From the NCBI GenBank assembly GCA_013239625.1, contig MU053304.1, forward strand, positions 1,488,001 through 1,552,000: a stretch of 64,000 nt of DNA, written 5' to 3'. Positions 1-11,249 of this stretch are shown one piece after another. A model generated the notes under the pieces. It had not been told where the DNA came from, did no database searches, and saw nothing but the letters and a program-made list of their open reading frames with translations. The translations under genes and the position numbers were made by a program. Each line of letters opens with the position of its first letter. Position 1 is the stretch's first letter. The DNA comes from Lama guanicoe. Taxonomy: Eukaryota.

Positions 1-708
1 CCAATGAGAAGAGCTCATTAGCTGAGAACAAACTTCAGAAATGATTTCCAGCATGAGTGGCTCCCGGCAGAAGGCCAGTGAGAAAAAGTGGATACTTCCA
101 GAATGGCCCTTCAAACCCTTCCCAGATGATCAGACCTTCTCCTCTTCCACAGTAAACATGTCACCTTCTCTTTAAACATGTCTTCCCCTTTGCTCTAATT
201 GTAGCTTTACTTCTTTGGTATTTTAACAGTCAATCTAGTCTGTGAAGCTCCTGTGATCCCATCTGTTCTCCTCCTCCAAGCAGGCAGGAAGGAAGGGAGG
301 GAACTGGTGTTTGCTGAACATCAGGCACTTGACAGCAAGAATAAGCACTGAGTAAATATTAGCTGTGGTTGTTAACCTTCTGGAAGCAGCTCCCAGAGGC
401 GACGTGGAGAACCAGGTGAAATCACAAAGCCTCTGAAGATACACCCCTTCTGACAACAGAAGGACTACACATTTTTCTAGTGAGTACTTTCCCAGGCAGT
501 TAAACTTTGAGTGTTAATCTGCCTTTTTTTTTTTATAAAAAGGGAAATTCTCTAGCTTCCTTCCCCAATTTTTTATAATCAGAACTCTGATCTTCTAAGC
601 GCTCCTAGGATTCCTTAATCTAGAGACCCACAACCTTGTTTTAATAAAAACTTGACCTATTCTAAACTACTTAATGCTCAAAAACACTTCTTAAAAAGCA
701 ACGTGTAC

Positions 709-2195
709 CACACACCTACAGTCAATTAATCTTTGACAAAGGAGGCAAAAATATACAATGGAGAGAAGACAGTCTCTTCAGCAAGTGATGTTGAGTAAGC
801 TGAACAGACCCATGTAAATCAGTGAAGTTAGAACACTCTCTCACACCATGTACAGAAATAAACTCAAAATGGCTTAAAGACTTAAATATAAGACAGGACA
901 CCAGAAAACTTCTAGAAGAGACCATAGACAAAACATTCTCTGACATAAATTGTAGCAAGACTTTCTCAAATCAGTGTCCCAAGGCAAAAGAAATAAAAGG
1001 AAAAATAAACAAATGGGACCTAATCAAACTAATAAGCTTTTGCACAACAAAGGAAACCATAAGCAAAATGAAAAGACAACCTACAGACTGGGAGAAAATA
1101 TTTGCAAATGATGCAACTAACAAGGGCTTAATTTCCAAAATACACAAACAGTTCATACAACTCAATAACAAAAAAAAAAATGGGCAGAAGACCTAAACAG
1201 ACATTTCTCCAGTGAAGACATACAGATGGCAAATAGGTACATGAAAAGATGCTCAATATCACTAATTATCAGAGAAACGCAAATCAAAACTACAGTGAGG
1301 TATCGCCTCACATCAGTCTGAATGGCTATCACCAAAAAATCTACAAATAGTAAGATGCTGGAGAGGGTGTGAAGAAAAACGAACCCTTTTTACACTGTTG
1401 GTGGGAATTTAAATTGATGCAACCACTATGGAGAACAGTGTAGAGATTCCTTAAAAACTAAAATAGAGTTACCAAATGAGCCTGCAATCCTACTGTTAGG
1501 CATGCATACGGAAAAGATGAAAATTCTAATTCAAAAAGATACGTATACCCCAATGCTCACAGCAGCACTATTTACAATAGCCAAGACATGGAAGCAACCT
1601 AAGAGTTTTAAGTAATAAAATAGAATTTTTATTGACCTATATTTGATTTACAAGTGAATGGATAAAGATGTGGTGTGTGTGGAATATTATGCAGTCATAA
1701 AAAAGAATGAAATAATACCATTTACAGCAACATGAATGGACCTAGAGATTATCATATTAAGTGAAGTCAGACAGAGAAAGACAAATATCATATAATATCA
1801 TTTATATGTGGAATTTAGAAAAGTGATAAAATTAAGTTATTTACAAAACAGAAATAGACTCACAGACATAGAACACAAATTTATGGCTACCAAAAGGGAA
1901 ATGGGGGAGGGGTAAAGTAGGAATTTGGGGTTAACATATATACACTACTATATACAAAACTATATACATAATATATACTATATTAAAAAAATTAAAAAAA
2001 AACAGATAAACAGCAAGGACCTACTGTATAGTACAGGAAACTATTCACTATCTTGTAATAACCTATAATGGAAAAGAATCTATAAAAGAATATATATATA
2101 TGTGTGTGTGTGTGTGTATGAATCACTTTGCTATACACCTGAAACTAACACAACATTGTAAATCAACTATACTTCAATTAAAAAATGAAAAAAAC
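709..2195 (+). mobile_element. 5'-truncated LINE-1 (ORF2 C-terminal region + 3' UTR + A tail), degenerate
   Basis: ORF 822..1196 ...[36 protein letters not shown] is L1 ORF2; it ends in the typical tail gctatacacctgaaactaacacaacattgtaaatcaactatacttcaattaaaaa. Confidence 0.93.
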
Positions 2196-2364
2196 ACACA
2201 TGCATCTTTACTGAATATCTTGAAATTTTTTTCCCAATATTTCAACATTTTTAAATTTTGCTATAAGTTCACTTATATTATTAACTGGCTAAGTGGAGGG
2301 TAAAAGTTATATGGTATTTTTCTTTTGATTTTACTTGACATTATTCTTTATTTTTTTGATAAAA

Positions 2365-2910
2365 CAGAATTTTTATTGATGCATATTTGATTTACAACAT
2401 TGCATTAGTTTCAAGTATACAGCATAGTGATTCAATATTTTTACAGATGATATGCCATTAAAAGTTATAAGATAATGGCTATAATTCCCTATGCTGTACA
2501 ATAGATCTTTGTTGCTTATCTATTTTTTGTTTTTATATGAACCTTCATTTATTAAAATATTTTCATTCATTTACTATATTTTAAAATTTTTCCTGTATGG
2601 TTTTCTTATATGATTTTTTCATAATGATTCAGTTATACATATGCATATTATTTTCATACTTTTTTCATTATAGGCTGTTACAAGATATTTAATATAGTTC
2701 CCTGTGCTGTACAGTAGGACCTTGTTGTTCCTCTATTTTATATATAGTGTTTAGTATTTGCAAATCCCCAACTCCCAATTTATCCTCCACTCCCCTTCCC
2801 ACCCTGGTAACCATAAGTTTGTTTTCTATGTGTGGGAGTCTATTTTTGTTTTGTAACTAAATTCATTTGTGTCCTTTTCTAGATTTCACATATATGTGAT
2901 ATCACATGGT
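2365..2910 (-). mobile_element. Two adjacent antisense LINE-1 3'-end fragments
   Basis: Reverse-complement L1 tail motifs: ttttattga...tgatttacaacattgcattagtttca, and tatagttccctgtgctgtacagtaggaccttgttg. Confidence 0.85.
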
Positions 2911-5900
2911 GAATAACTTAAGATTTGGAACAGCAGACTGTCCATGGACAAGGGCAAGGTGAAATAAACCCTCAAAATGGGAATATAAATAAATATTCAA
3001 GGAGGAAGTATTAGAAAGAAGATAGCTTGTAAAAATGGTGGTGAAGCTCTTTCATTTTATAACTTAGATAGTGATAGGTGTTTGTGATCCAAATTATTAT
3101 ATTAACAATAATGTCTGTGTGAACAATGAGGACACAATTTAATGACAGATTTCATTGTCCTGTATATATCTGCAGACAGAAATAAGGCATCAGGAGTCAT
3201 TCCAGGATTTCAGAAAAAGATTGTTCAATACTAACTATAATAGTGTCATATGTAACAAATAACATTTTCATGAATCTTAGAAACTTAAGTAAAACGTTTA
3301 TATGAAATTATGGTACAGTAGTTAAAATAAAAGTCACTCAATTCTACTTGGGTGGAGCTCTCTGCACTGACATGGGAGTAATCAAGGAACAAAAGTGGCA
3401 GAGATGGATAGCTATTCAATCAATTGATGAATTCCAACTATCTATGTGCATGGATGTAACAGCAGGGATACTCAGTAACCAACATGGGCCAAGTCTCTGA
3501 TGTCGGGGAGTTTACACAATCCCGAATGTCTAGACAGTTACGTGGCAGGTAGCAAACAGATGGCCTTTCTCCCTTCATACCTATTTCTCTGGATGCCAAA
3601 GGTCAATTTGATGTCTATAAAGCACAAAGAGCAAAGGGCAATCTATATGTTGCTGAGAAAGTGGTTCTCAATAGTACTGCTCAGAATGTGAGAGGATTTT
3701 GTCTTTGGTCTGTTAGTTTGGTTTTAACAAGAGCTCATCTTGTAGCATTTACTTTTGAACTAAAGCTGAAGCTATTTTAATGTTACATTGCTGCAATTAT
3801 TAAGCTAATTAAAAGTTAATTTAGCTATATATGATTTTAACATTATTAAAGCTTATAAAATAACACATAACAGCCAAGATGGCGAGTTCTGGGCTTTGCT
3901 AGATGGCAATCCTTTACTCCATAGTCAAGGATATTCTTTCATTGCCGTTAAGACAGTTGCCCCATCCTAAGGTGCACCCTTTCTATTTCAGCAGACCACA
4001 CCTGGCTTTAGCAGTGAACTAGATGTTTTATCAGCACAATCTTGGGAAAGTTGAAATCAGCAGATTCCCTGAAGTGTTTCAGTTTTCTCTCTCTGACTCA
4101 GCATTGGGGATTATTGTAAACTTTCTTTCAGGTTTCATTCTATTTCCCCAAATTAACATACAACTTAATTATAGCTATTCTTACTAACCTTTTTTATATG
4201 CTGTAATTTGTTTTACTGATGAAAAAAGAACTCCCTAAGTTTTGAAATCTACGTATAATTTACATTGCTTGGTTAGTATTCTTACCTTTATTAGGTATCT
4301 TTGCACCATTCATATTATACTGGTCATGAAAAGTCAGCTCTCTAGACCTGGAAACTATATGATTTTAAACAAATCTTATAACTGAAAGTGAAAATTCATG
4401 GAATGCCTTCACCTTTTGCCTGCTCGGAGAACTTTTACTTAGTACATAATTGATGATTAACTTGAATTTTTATGTAATTATTGTATAATTGATTTCTCAC
4501 AATCATCAGAACCTATATATTTATAAAACTCCTTTTGCAGGGATATAAGCCAACCTATCACAGCAAATTTTCTATTACCATATGAATGGACTTGCATTCT
4601 TTCATGGTAGAGTCCACTTACACCAAGTTATTAAAGTTCTTATTAATTCTCATTAGCATTTATATTTGCCTCTTAGAATTGGCATAGAATTTTGAATCAT
4701 ATTTATAGAGCAAATGTCTATTTCAATACTTATCCTTGAAATTATCTTAAAATATGATTATATATTTTCTTTTTATTTAAGGGACTTATTTCCAAATAGA
4801 AAATATATTATCATCATTTATGTTACTTTTGCAAACATTATTTGCAACTATATTTTGTATTCTTCAAAAGAACTTACATCCTGAGTATTAGTGACAAAGA
4901 AAATTAGTAACTTTGAAATCCCCATCTATATTATCATTGAACACTTTTGAATGATCAAAAAATTTGTAATCAGAATTTTAAAATTCATGCTTTTATCCCA
5001 ATTTCTCCATTTACACATCCACCACTTCACTCACCCAATAAACATGTATCAGGCATGCACCATGTTGGTGGGTATGCGAAAATGAGTGAGAGACGGCCTC
5101 TAGCCTCAAGAAATTTGCTTCTTTGATTTGGAAGTAGGAGCAGGAATGAACCGTAGTATGAGAGGTGAGGCAAAAACATAGATAAGTTTCACATATTTTA
5201 ACTTTGAGAAAATGCATGAAAACCACAAACCTTCAGAACAAAGAAAGGTGAATTCTTTTCTCATTTTCCCAAGAAGAGGATCTGGGGAAGGTATTCTTTC
5301 TTCTCTTGCATGAGAATTCAGGGCAGGAGATGTTGCGATGAACCCCGGGCAGCACAGACATGGGGCTAGCAGGAGCCCCCTCCTGGGAAAAAAGGAAAAG
5401 CATCAGACTTTAGCAAGGCTGTTTGAAGGAGTCAGAAGAGGGTACAGGAGGCCTCCAGAAAACCACAGTTGTGCAAAAAAAGGCTGGCACTATGGATAGG
5501 AAGTAACGGCAAATCTGATAAAGGCAAACTTGTAGACGGTGCCTACAGAACGAAGAACAGTCAAGAAATTATCTAATTTAAGGAAACATGTGTTTGAAGG
5601 GTACAGTTGGCTCGATCTAGATACTGGCCAACTTTGGGGTTTGGCCCAAATGACGAAGAGGCTTTCGAAGCCATCAGAACACAGACATGAGAAGCTGCCC
5701 CATCGAAGAACAAAGGAGCGGCCATCACAGCGATTCTCCGTGAACGACACAACTGGAGGAATCCAGGTGACAACACAAATACAGGATGCAAGGCCTCCTT
5801 GGAGGTGAGGGTGGACCTTAGATAAAGGAACAATGACCAAAATGAACAAAGCCCAGCGGTGGCTCCAGCAAATGCACAGCTGTATCGCTCTGGTCTAGCG

Positions 5901-6804
5901 AGACTCGCACCTGCACTCAAAGAAGCTTCCAATAGAACTCTAAATTTCCCACCTCTCCTTTCACTACCTCCTTGGCCACTTGAACCATCCACTTCCATGG
6001 GCTCCATGGTCTATCTGAAGGCTCCTCGGCTGGCGCAAACTCTGCCAAAGCATGAGGTTCACATCACCGATCCCTGGTTGTTGCCAACTTTACCTAACTT
6101 GAGTATCTCCTTTGTTTCAGGCTTTCAGCCTGCCTTGATCCCAGTGTGTGTTTGCCACTTAGTCTAGGTCTTGACTTCCTAAGATCTTTATCCCAAACAT
6201 CGACTATTATTTCTTGATGATCCAGGACTTGTGGCCACATGTGGCCATTTGCTTTTTTCAGAGTTGTCAGAGTGATACCATGCAATTGCCCACCTAGACT
6301 CCAAGGAAATGTGACCTGGTCCGGAGGCAAATGTACCTACTGGAGGAAGTGCAGTCTCCAGACAGAGGACCATAGGTGATAAAAGAGATGAGCCAGAAGT
6401 GAGTGGGGACACGACTGGGGACTAAGTTTGTGTAACCAAGGTAAGAATTCACATAACCCAGAAGGGGTGTGCTGTCTCTAGGTGCCCCCCCCCAGAAATA
6501 ACGCATCCTTCCCTAAGACTCAGAGACGGTTTGCCAATGAGACCAAGGTTCCTCTTTGTATAACATCAGGAGATGACTGATTGGATCCTGGAAGTGTAAT
6601 CCATGGAATTCAGTGTATTTGTAGGTTCAACAGAGAGGATACTGAAATAACAGCTGAAAAGAGGAGGATGTGTGTAACCTTGGAAGCAATGAAAAACTAA
6701 CAGTAAAAAGTTAATAATGCATTGTCAACACTGAAGAAGCAAAAGGGCTTTGATTAATGTAATTTCCTGATCCACTTAACAAATATATCCCATAAGTAGA
6801 GAGA

Positions 6805-7230
6805 CATTCATGAGGCTTCCTCAGTATCATTTCAGTATTCAGTGAGGAGCTACCATGTGCCAGACTACTGTGAAAAGTGTTAAATGGAAAAACAGAGCAG
6901 GATCCCCACATTTGAGGAGCTCATAGTCTTTTGGAAGACAAATATGTAAGCAAATAGCTTCAATACTATGAGTTAAGTGCTTTAATTCAAAGTGCCATGG
7001 AAACCCAGAGGAGTCTGACCATCCCAGAAAGGTCCAGGAACACTTCTCACAGGCAGTGTCTCTGGGAAATAATAAGGATTCATCCATCCAGCTCTTTGGC
7101 CTTCCCATCATTCATTCATCACGTATACGTTGAGTACCTCCGATTGTTCTAGATGCTTTGCATACATTGGCCAAGACAAACAAGGTCCCTCCCGGAGTGA
7201 AGTTTACATTCTGGTGCGGGGAGTGGATGA
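6805..7230 (-). mobile_element. Ancient L2 3'-end fragments
   Basis: L2-tail motifs such as cattcattcatc...ttgagtacc, ccatgtgccagac and gagctcatagtct; heavily diverged. Confidence 0.55.
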
Positions 7231-8875
7231 CATCCCCAGGGGAAACACAGAATGGTTCCTAAGACCATCCAATATCCACCCTCTGGCCTCATCTCCTCTC
7301 CCACAGGTATTTTCCTGAGACCAGAGTACCCTGACCGCTCAAAGTGGGGCACCCTGATCCTCTGGGTTAGTTTAGCTCTCGGGGTGAAACTGAACTACTG
7401 GTTTGTTGCTTCCCATTCCAGTGGGATGATTTCAGAAGTGCAGGATCAGATAAAATCAAGTTTCTGAAAATGCAGAGCTGGGAATCAATGTCAAGCAGAA
7501 GTAAAAGTGAGAAATGGGATCCCCAGACTGACATGAGAACTCCTTACCTTCCTTTACCCTTGGAGGGCTTTCCTGCCAATGGAACGAGTTCTCTTTTCCA
7601 GGAAAAAGTATATAGAAGAGCAGCAGGCGCGTCTTCATGAATCGTGGGAAGGACTCCCGATACCCAGCTTCTAACGGAAGAGAGTCCAGGGACACGCCTC
7701 ACTTTGACTTCTCCCAGGATCCCGAGCCTTCAGAGCTGGGGCCCCTTCCGTGGTGCCTGGAGCCAGTGTCACACTGTGATTGACGAAACAGAGAAAGAGA
7801 AAGCCAGGGACTCTCCAGGGTGCCCACTTCCTGAAAGGACACTCAGCGCTCTCTGTCTAAGAAGGAAGTGGAGGAACCCGGACCAGCACCTCCCCTTCTG
7901 CACATAGAGGTCCTTCTGCAAAGAGGTTCATGCTCTACCCCTTGTGGGGTTGGGACCCACTTCGTGGTGTTTAAAGGTGACGAGGGAAGATCTTTCTAGA
8001 GAGAGCTAAAACATTTCCTGCCCTAACATTAGGGGAAAATTCTAGCCACTGGAACCAGTGGTTTTAAACCAGGCTAGCCTTCAAAGATCTCAAATTACGC
8101 CTTTAGAAATGACCACAATTTCATAACAGAGGCAAGAGAAAGGCAGTTAGAAACTTCTGCAAGGCAGTTGGTACTACTCTGAAAACTCCTATTTCCTGTT
8201 TGCCAACACGTCTGCTTTAAATCTCTCAAGCAGTTAGTTACATTGCAAGTGTTACACACCAGCTTTTCCTCCTATTTTTAGCTTTCGTTTCATTTTTTAA
8301 AGTTCTTTAAGTAATATATGTTGGTTGTCAGAAAGGAAAAATACAAACATAAAAAGGAAAATTTTTAATTCCCCACATTTCCACCACTTGAGGATGACCA
8401 CCATTGGCACTTTGGGGTACATCCTTCCATCCTTTCTCTTTGTTTAAGTGGATCTTAGGATGAGCGTCTCAACACCCATTCCATTCCACATCATTGGAGA
8501 ACATCCACGCAGTTTTGCTGGAATTTACTCCATGCGGAGCTCCTGTATAGATCCTGATTTGGCTAAACTAAATTGCAATGATCTCATGCTTTTACCAGCA
8601 TCTAATCTAGATCTAAGTCAGTGGATATAAAGCACTCCCTGGCCACCAGGAAAGTCATGTCATCAAGATGGGCTAATCAGAGAGAAGTTTAGGACTCCTG
8701 CTAAAGAGGCGGGCAGGGAGGATATTCATTCATTCATTCAATCCTTCTCTGGGTTTGGACCAGAGTCCTGGGAGCTATTGGCAGCCATTTGCCACCATGA
8801 GACAAACCAGCTCTCAGTTGAAGCAGATGCTTCAGAAAGTAAAAAACAAGAGATATATTTTTACATCAGGTTTTT

Positions 8876-9028
8876 GGAGGGAAGGCTATAGTTCAGTGGC
8901 AGAGTGCATGCCTAGTGTGCACAAGGTCCTAGGTTTAATCCTCAGTACTTCCATTAAAAATAAATACATAAACCTAATTACCCTCCAAAAAAAAAACCCT
9001 AAAAAAAATTTAAAAACATTAAAAAAAA
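8876..9028 (+). mobile_element. tRNA-derived SINE (camelid vic-1 type)
   Basis: Head ggagggaaggctatagttcagtggcagagtgcatgcctagtgtgcacaaggtcctaggtttaatcctcagtacttcc (Pol III A/B boxes), aacctaattac body and A-rich tail. Confidence 0.85.
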
Positions 9029-9804
9029 TTAGATATTCAAAGAAATTTCTGAGCTGCTACACTAAACTAACACCCAAATCTGTCTTACTTCTGGAGTTGC
9101 TAGTAGGTGAACCAATAAATTTGCTTGTTGAAATCAATTTAAATTGAGTTTTCTATGACTTGTAAGTGAGTACATCCTAAATGACTCATCTCAATATTTT
9201 TATAAAAATGGTACCATATTGTACATATTGTTTATAACCTCCTGTTTAAAAATATGGCATAACCATCATTCCTTTTCAAGATAAGGGTATTTTTACAAAA
9301 TTACTCATTGCTTCAACATAGTCTATTTTATGGACAAACATTAAGTTACGTATATAATCCCCTACTTTGAGGCATTTACATTGTTTCCAGATTTCTCTGT
9401 ACTATATAAACAATTCTGCGTTGAGACTCCTAAATGTTACAGCACACACATTTCCTTAGAACACATTTCTAATGTAGGATTTCTGAGTTAACGTATGTAC
9501 TTTTTGAAAGATTTTTTTATTCATATTGCCAAATGGCTTTCCCAAAAGGCTGTTTCAATTATATTCTAACCAACACAGAATGAGAATGTCAGAAAAAACT
9601 CCCTCTCTCCTCCCAAGCCAGACCCTCAATACATTTAAAGTTTCAACACAAAGTCTCTGTGTGATCAGTGGTAACCCATTGCTGTTTAATTTGCATTTTT
9701 AAAACCCTGTAGAGTGCTTGGAGTGATTATTTTTCATATATTTATTTGCTTATTGTTTTTCTCCTTTTCTGAATTACCACTGACATCTTTTGCCCATTTA
9801 AAAA

Positions 9805-10577
9805 ATTTTTTTATTTTTTATTGAAGTATAGTTGATTTACAATGTTGTACTATTTTCTAGCATACAGCATAGTGATCCAGTTATGTGTATATATGTGTGT
9901 GTGTGTATGTGTGTGTGTGTATATATATTCTTTTTTAGATTCTTTCCCATTATAGGTTATTACAAGTTATTGAATATAGTTCTCTGTGATATACAGCAGA
10001 TCCTTGTTTGTTTATCTATTTTATGTATGGTTATTTGTACCTGTTAATTCTAAGCTCCTAATGTATCCCTCCCCTACTCCTTTCCTTTTGGTAACTGTAA
10101 GTTTGTTTTCTATGTCTTTCAGTCTATTTCTGTTGTGGAAAAAGCTTATTTGTGTCATTTTTTTTAGATCCTACATGTAAGTATTATCATACAATAATTT
10201 GTCATTCTCTGTCTAACCTACTTCCCTTTCTACATTAATCTCTAGGTCCATCCATGTTGTTGCAAATGGCAAAATTCATTTTTTATGGCTGAGTAGTATT
10301 CCACTGTCTAAATATACCACATTTTCTTTATCCAGTCATCTGTCAATGGACACTTAGGTTGCTTCCACGTCTAGGCTATTGTATATAGTGCTGCTATGAA
10401 CACTGTGGTGCATGTATCTTTTCAAATGAGAGTTTTTGTCTTTTCTGGGTATATGCCCAGGAGTGGGAATGCAGGTTCATGTGGTAACTCTATTTTTAGT
10501 TTTAGGAACCTCCAAACTATTCTCCGTAGTGAATGCATCAATTTACATTCCTACCAGAAGTGTAGGAGGGTTCCCTG
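9805..10577 (-). mobile_element. LINE-1 3' fragment (antisense), nested in older L1M-type sequence (~9190-10770)
   Basis: ttttattgaagtatagttgatttacaatg is the reverse-complement L1 tail; antisense ORF2 C-terminal motifs follow (gctgctatgaacactgtggtgcatgtatc). Confidence 0.9.
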
Positions 10578-10769
10578 ACTTTTTGTATTAATCAAGTTTA
10601 TATTGTTTGTACTTTTAATATAAGGCTGAATTCACATACTGAGTTCATAAATTTGAAAAACAACAGAAAACTTTTAAATTAAGAGTAGAAAAAAATAAAC
10701 AAAAAGTGTCTTTAAATGAAAAATCTGTAGCTTGTGATTTTCTAGGGATGTGTTTTAGCTGTTTGATAA

Positions 10770-11200
10770 GAATGACTTCTACTGCATATAATGGAAAACC
10801 CCAATGCAAATAGACCTGAGTGGTCCTTAAGACATTTTCCTCACATAACAAGGAAGCATCGGGTTGGCTCTGAGGCTGGTTGGAGCCTGGCTCAGCGTGG
10901 TTGTCAGGATCCAAGGTCTTCCCATCTTTTTGTTTGCCTTCGTCTGCGTGTTGGCTGTTTGCCCTCATTCTGGTTCCCCTCATAAGATGACCACAGCTGT
11001 TCCTGTCCTCATATGTAGACATTACAACATCCTGCTTCTCTTCCTGTGTCTTCTTAGGACAGAGACACTGCACGCAAAACACCCAGAGACGATTTCCCTC
11101 CAGCCGCACTGGCCAGAAGTGAGTCTGAAGCCCTTTCCTGAACCCACCTTTGCAAGAGAAGGGGAACTGCCACCTTAACTTAGACTGACCGCCAACCACA
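10770..11200. mobile_element. Old ERVL-MaLR (MLT1-like) solo LTR
   Basis: Diverged MLT1-like motifs (ggctcagcgtggttgtcaggatccaagg, aagatgaccacagctgttcc). Confidence 0.5.
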
Positions 11201-11249
11201 AGAGATAAACATACAGGAACTGGGCAGAACAGTGAGACTTCCTAAAAGT

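Noticed and set aside
822..1196. L1 ORF2-like ORFs (also 11279, 30430, 31566) as functional retrotransposon genes
   Set aside because: 5'-truncated, frameshifted fragments; no intact ORF1/ORF2 pair in the window.
3330..4100. Unique sequence with a YY1-like CAAGATGGCG (~3875) and short protein-like frames
   Set aside because: Isolated motif in AT-rich DNA with no CpG island; frames are short, interrupted and unrecognisable.
5360..5700. Faint resemblance to retroviral proteins (MG...WEKRKSIRL to lentiviral MA; FGPNDEEAFEAIR to the RT connection motif WGPxQxxAF)
   Set aside because: Short matches in different frames with wrong spacing, and no LTR, PBS, YxDD or zinc knuckle; consistent with chance. 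The segment is kept only as unexplained.
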